Below, one piece after another: positions 33,239-33,239 of a stretch of 33,239 nt of DNA (position 1 is its first letter; each line of letters starts with the position of its first letter). The position numbers and the translations under genes were made by a program. Under the pieces are notes generated by a model, which was given only the letters and a program-made list of their open reading frames with translations, was not told the origin of the DNA and searched no databases. This stretch comes from Candidatus Firestoneibacteriota bacterium (lineage in GTDB: Bacteria; Oederibacteriota; D2-FULL-39-29; JBBTED01), in assembly GCA_038042445.1 (NCBI GenBank), contig JBBTED010000042.1:1-33239 (forward strand), written 5' to 3'.

Positions 33239-33239
33239 A

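Noticed and set aside
33148..33239. TPP riboswitch upstream of thiS
   Set aside because: No CTGAGA or other TPP core motif; the region looks like the end of an upstream gene.

Overview
Very AT-rich bacterial chromosomal window with almost all genes on the minus strand. It probably comes from an uncultured diderm lineage: it has outer-membrane beta-barrels, a Firmicutes-like S1-protein/tRNA block, an IHF-MerR pair and an archaeal-type ThyA. The exact taxon cannot be fixed from sequence. Housekeeping genes are the cobT 3' end, greA, fabG, bioB, rsmE, dnaJ, grpE, gpsA, plsY, a pgsA-like gene, a tRNA nucleotidyltransferase, thyA, tRNA-fMet, tRNA-Leu, thiE and thiS-thiG. The most notable features are: (1) an envelope module at 14.6-21.3 kb made of a Pro-rich-leader beta-barrel, a Kelch/LamG protein ending in a T9SS type-B-like C-terminal domain, and a PorV/PorP-like barrel fused to CsgG- and FlgT-like domains, with a divergent XRE regulator and a four-half-site operator array; (2) several families of short palindromic or heptamer repeats that have entered genes in frame (DUF2723, fabG, thiS-thiG linker) or appear to supply ribosome-binding sites (gpsA, M24 gene), plus a MITE-like element wrapping a REP doublet; (3) an apparently recent thiS-thiG read-through fusion, with CAA where the TAA stop would sit; (4) a coupled HD-GYP/NUDIX/GGDEF operon and a HEPN-MNT toxin-antitoxin pair. 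All family calls come from motif recognition by eye; no searches were run.
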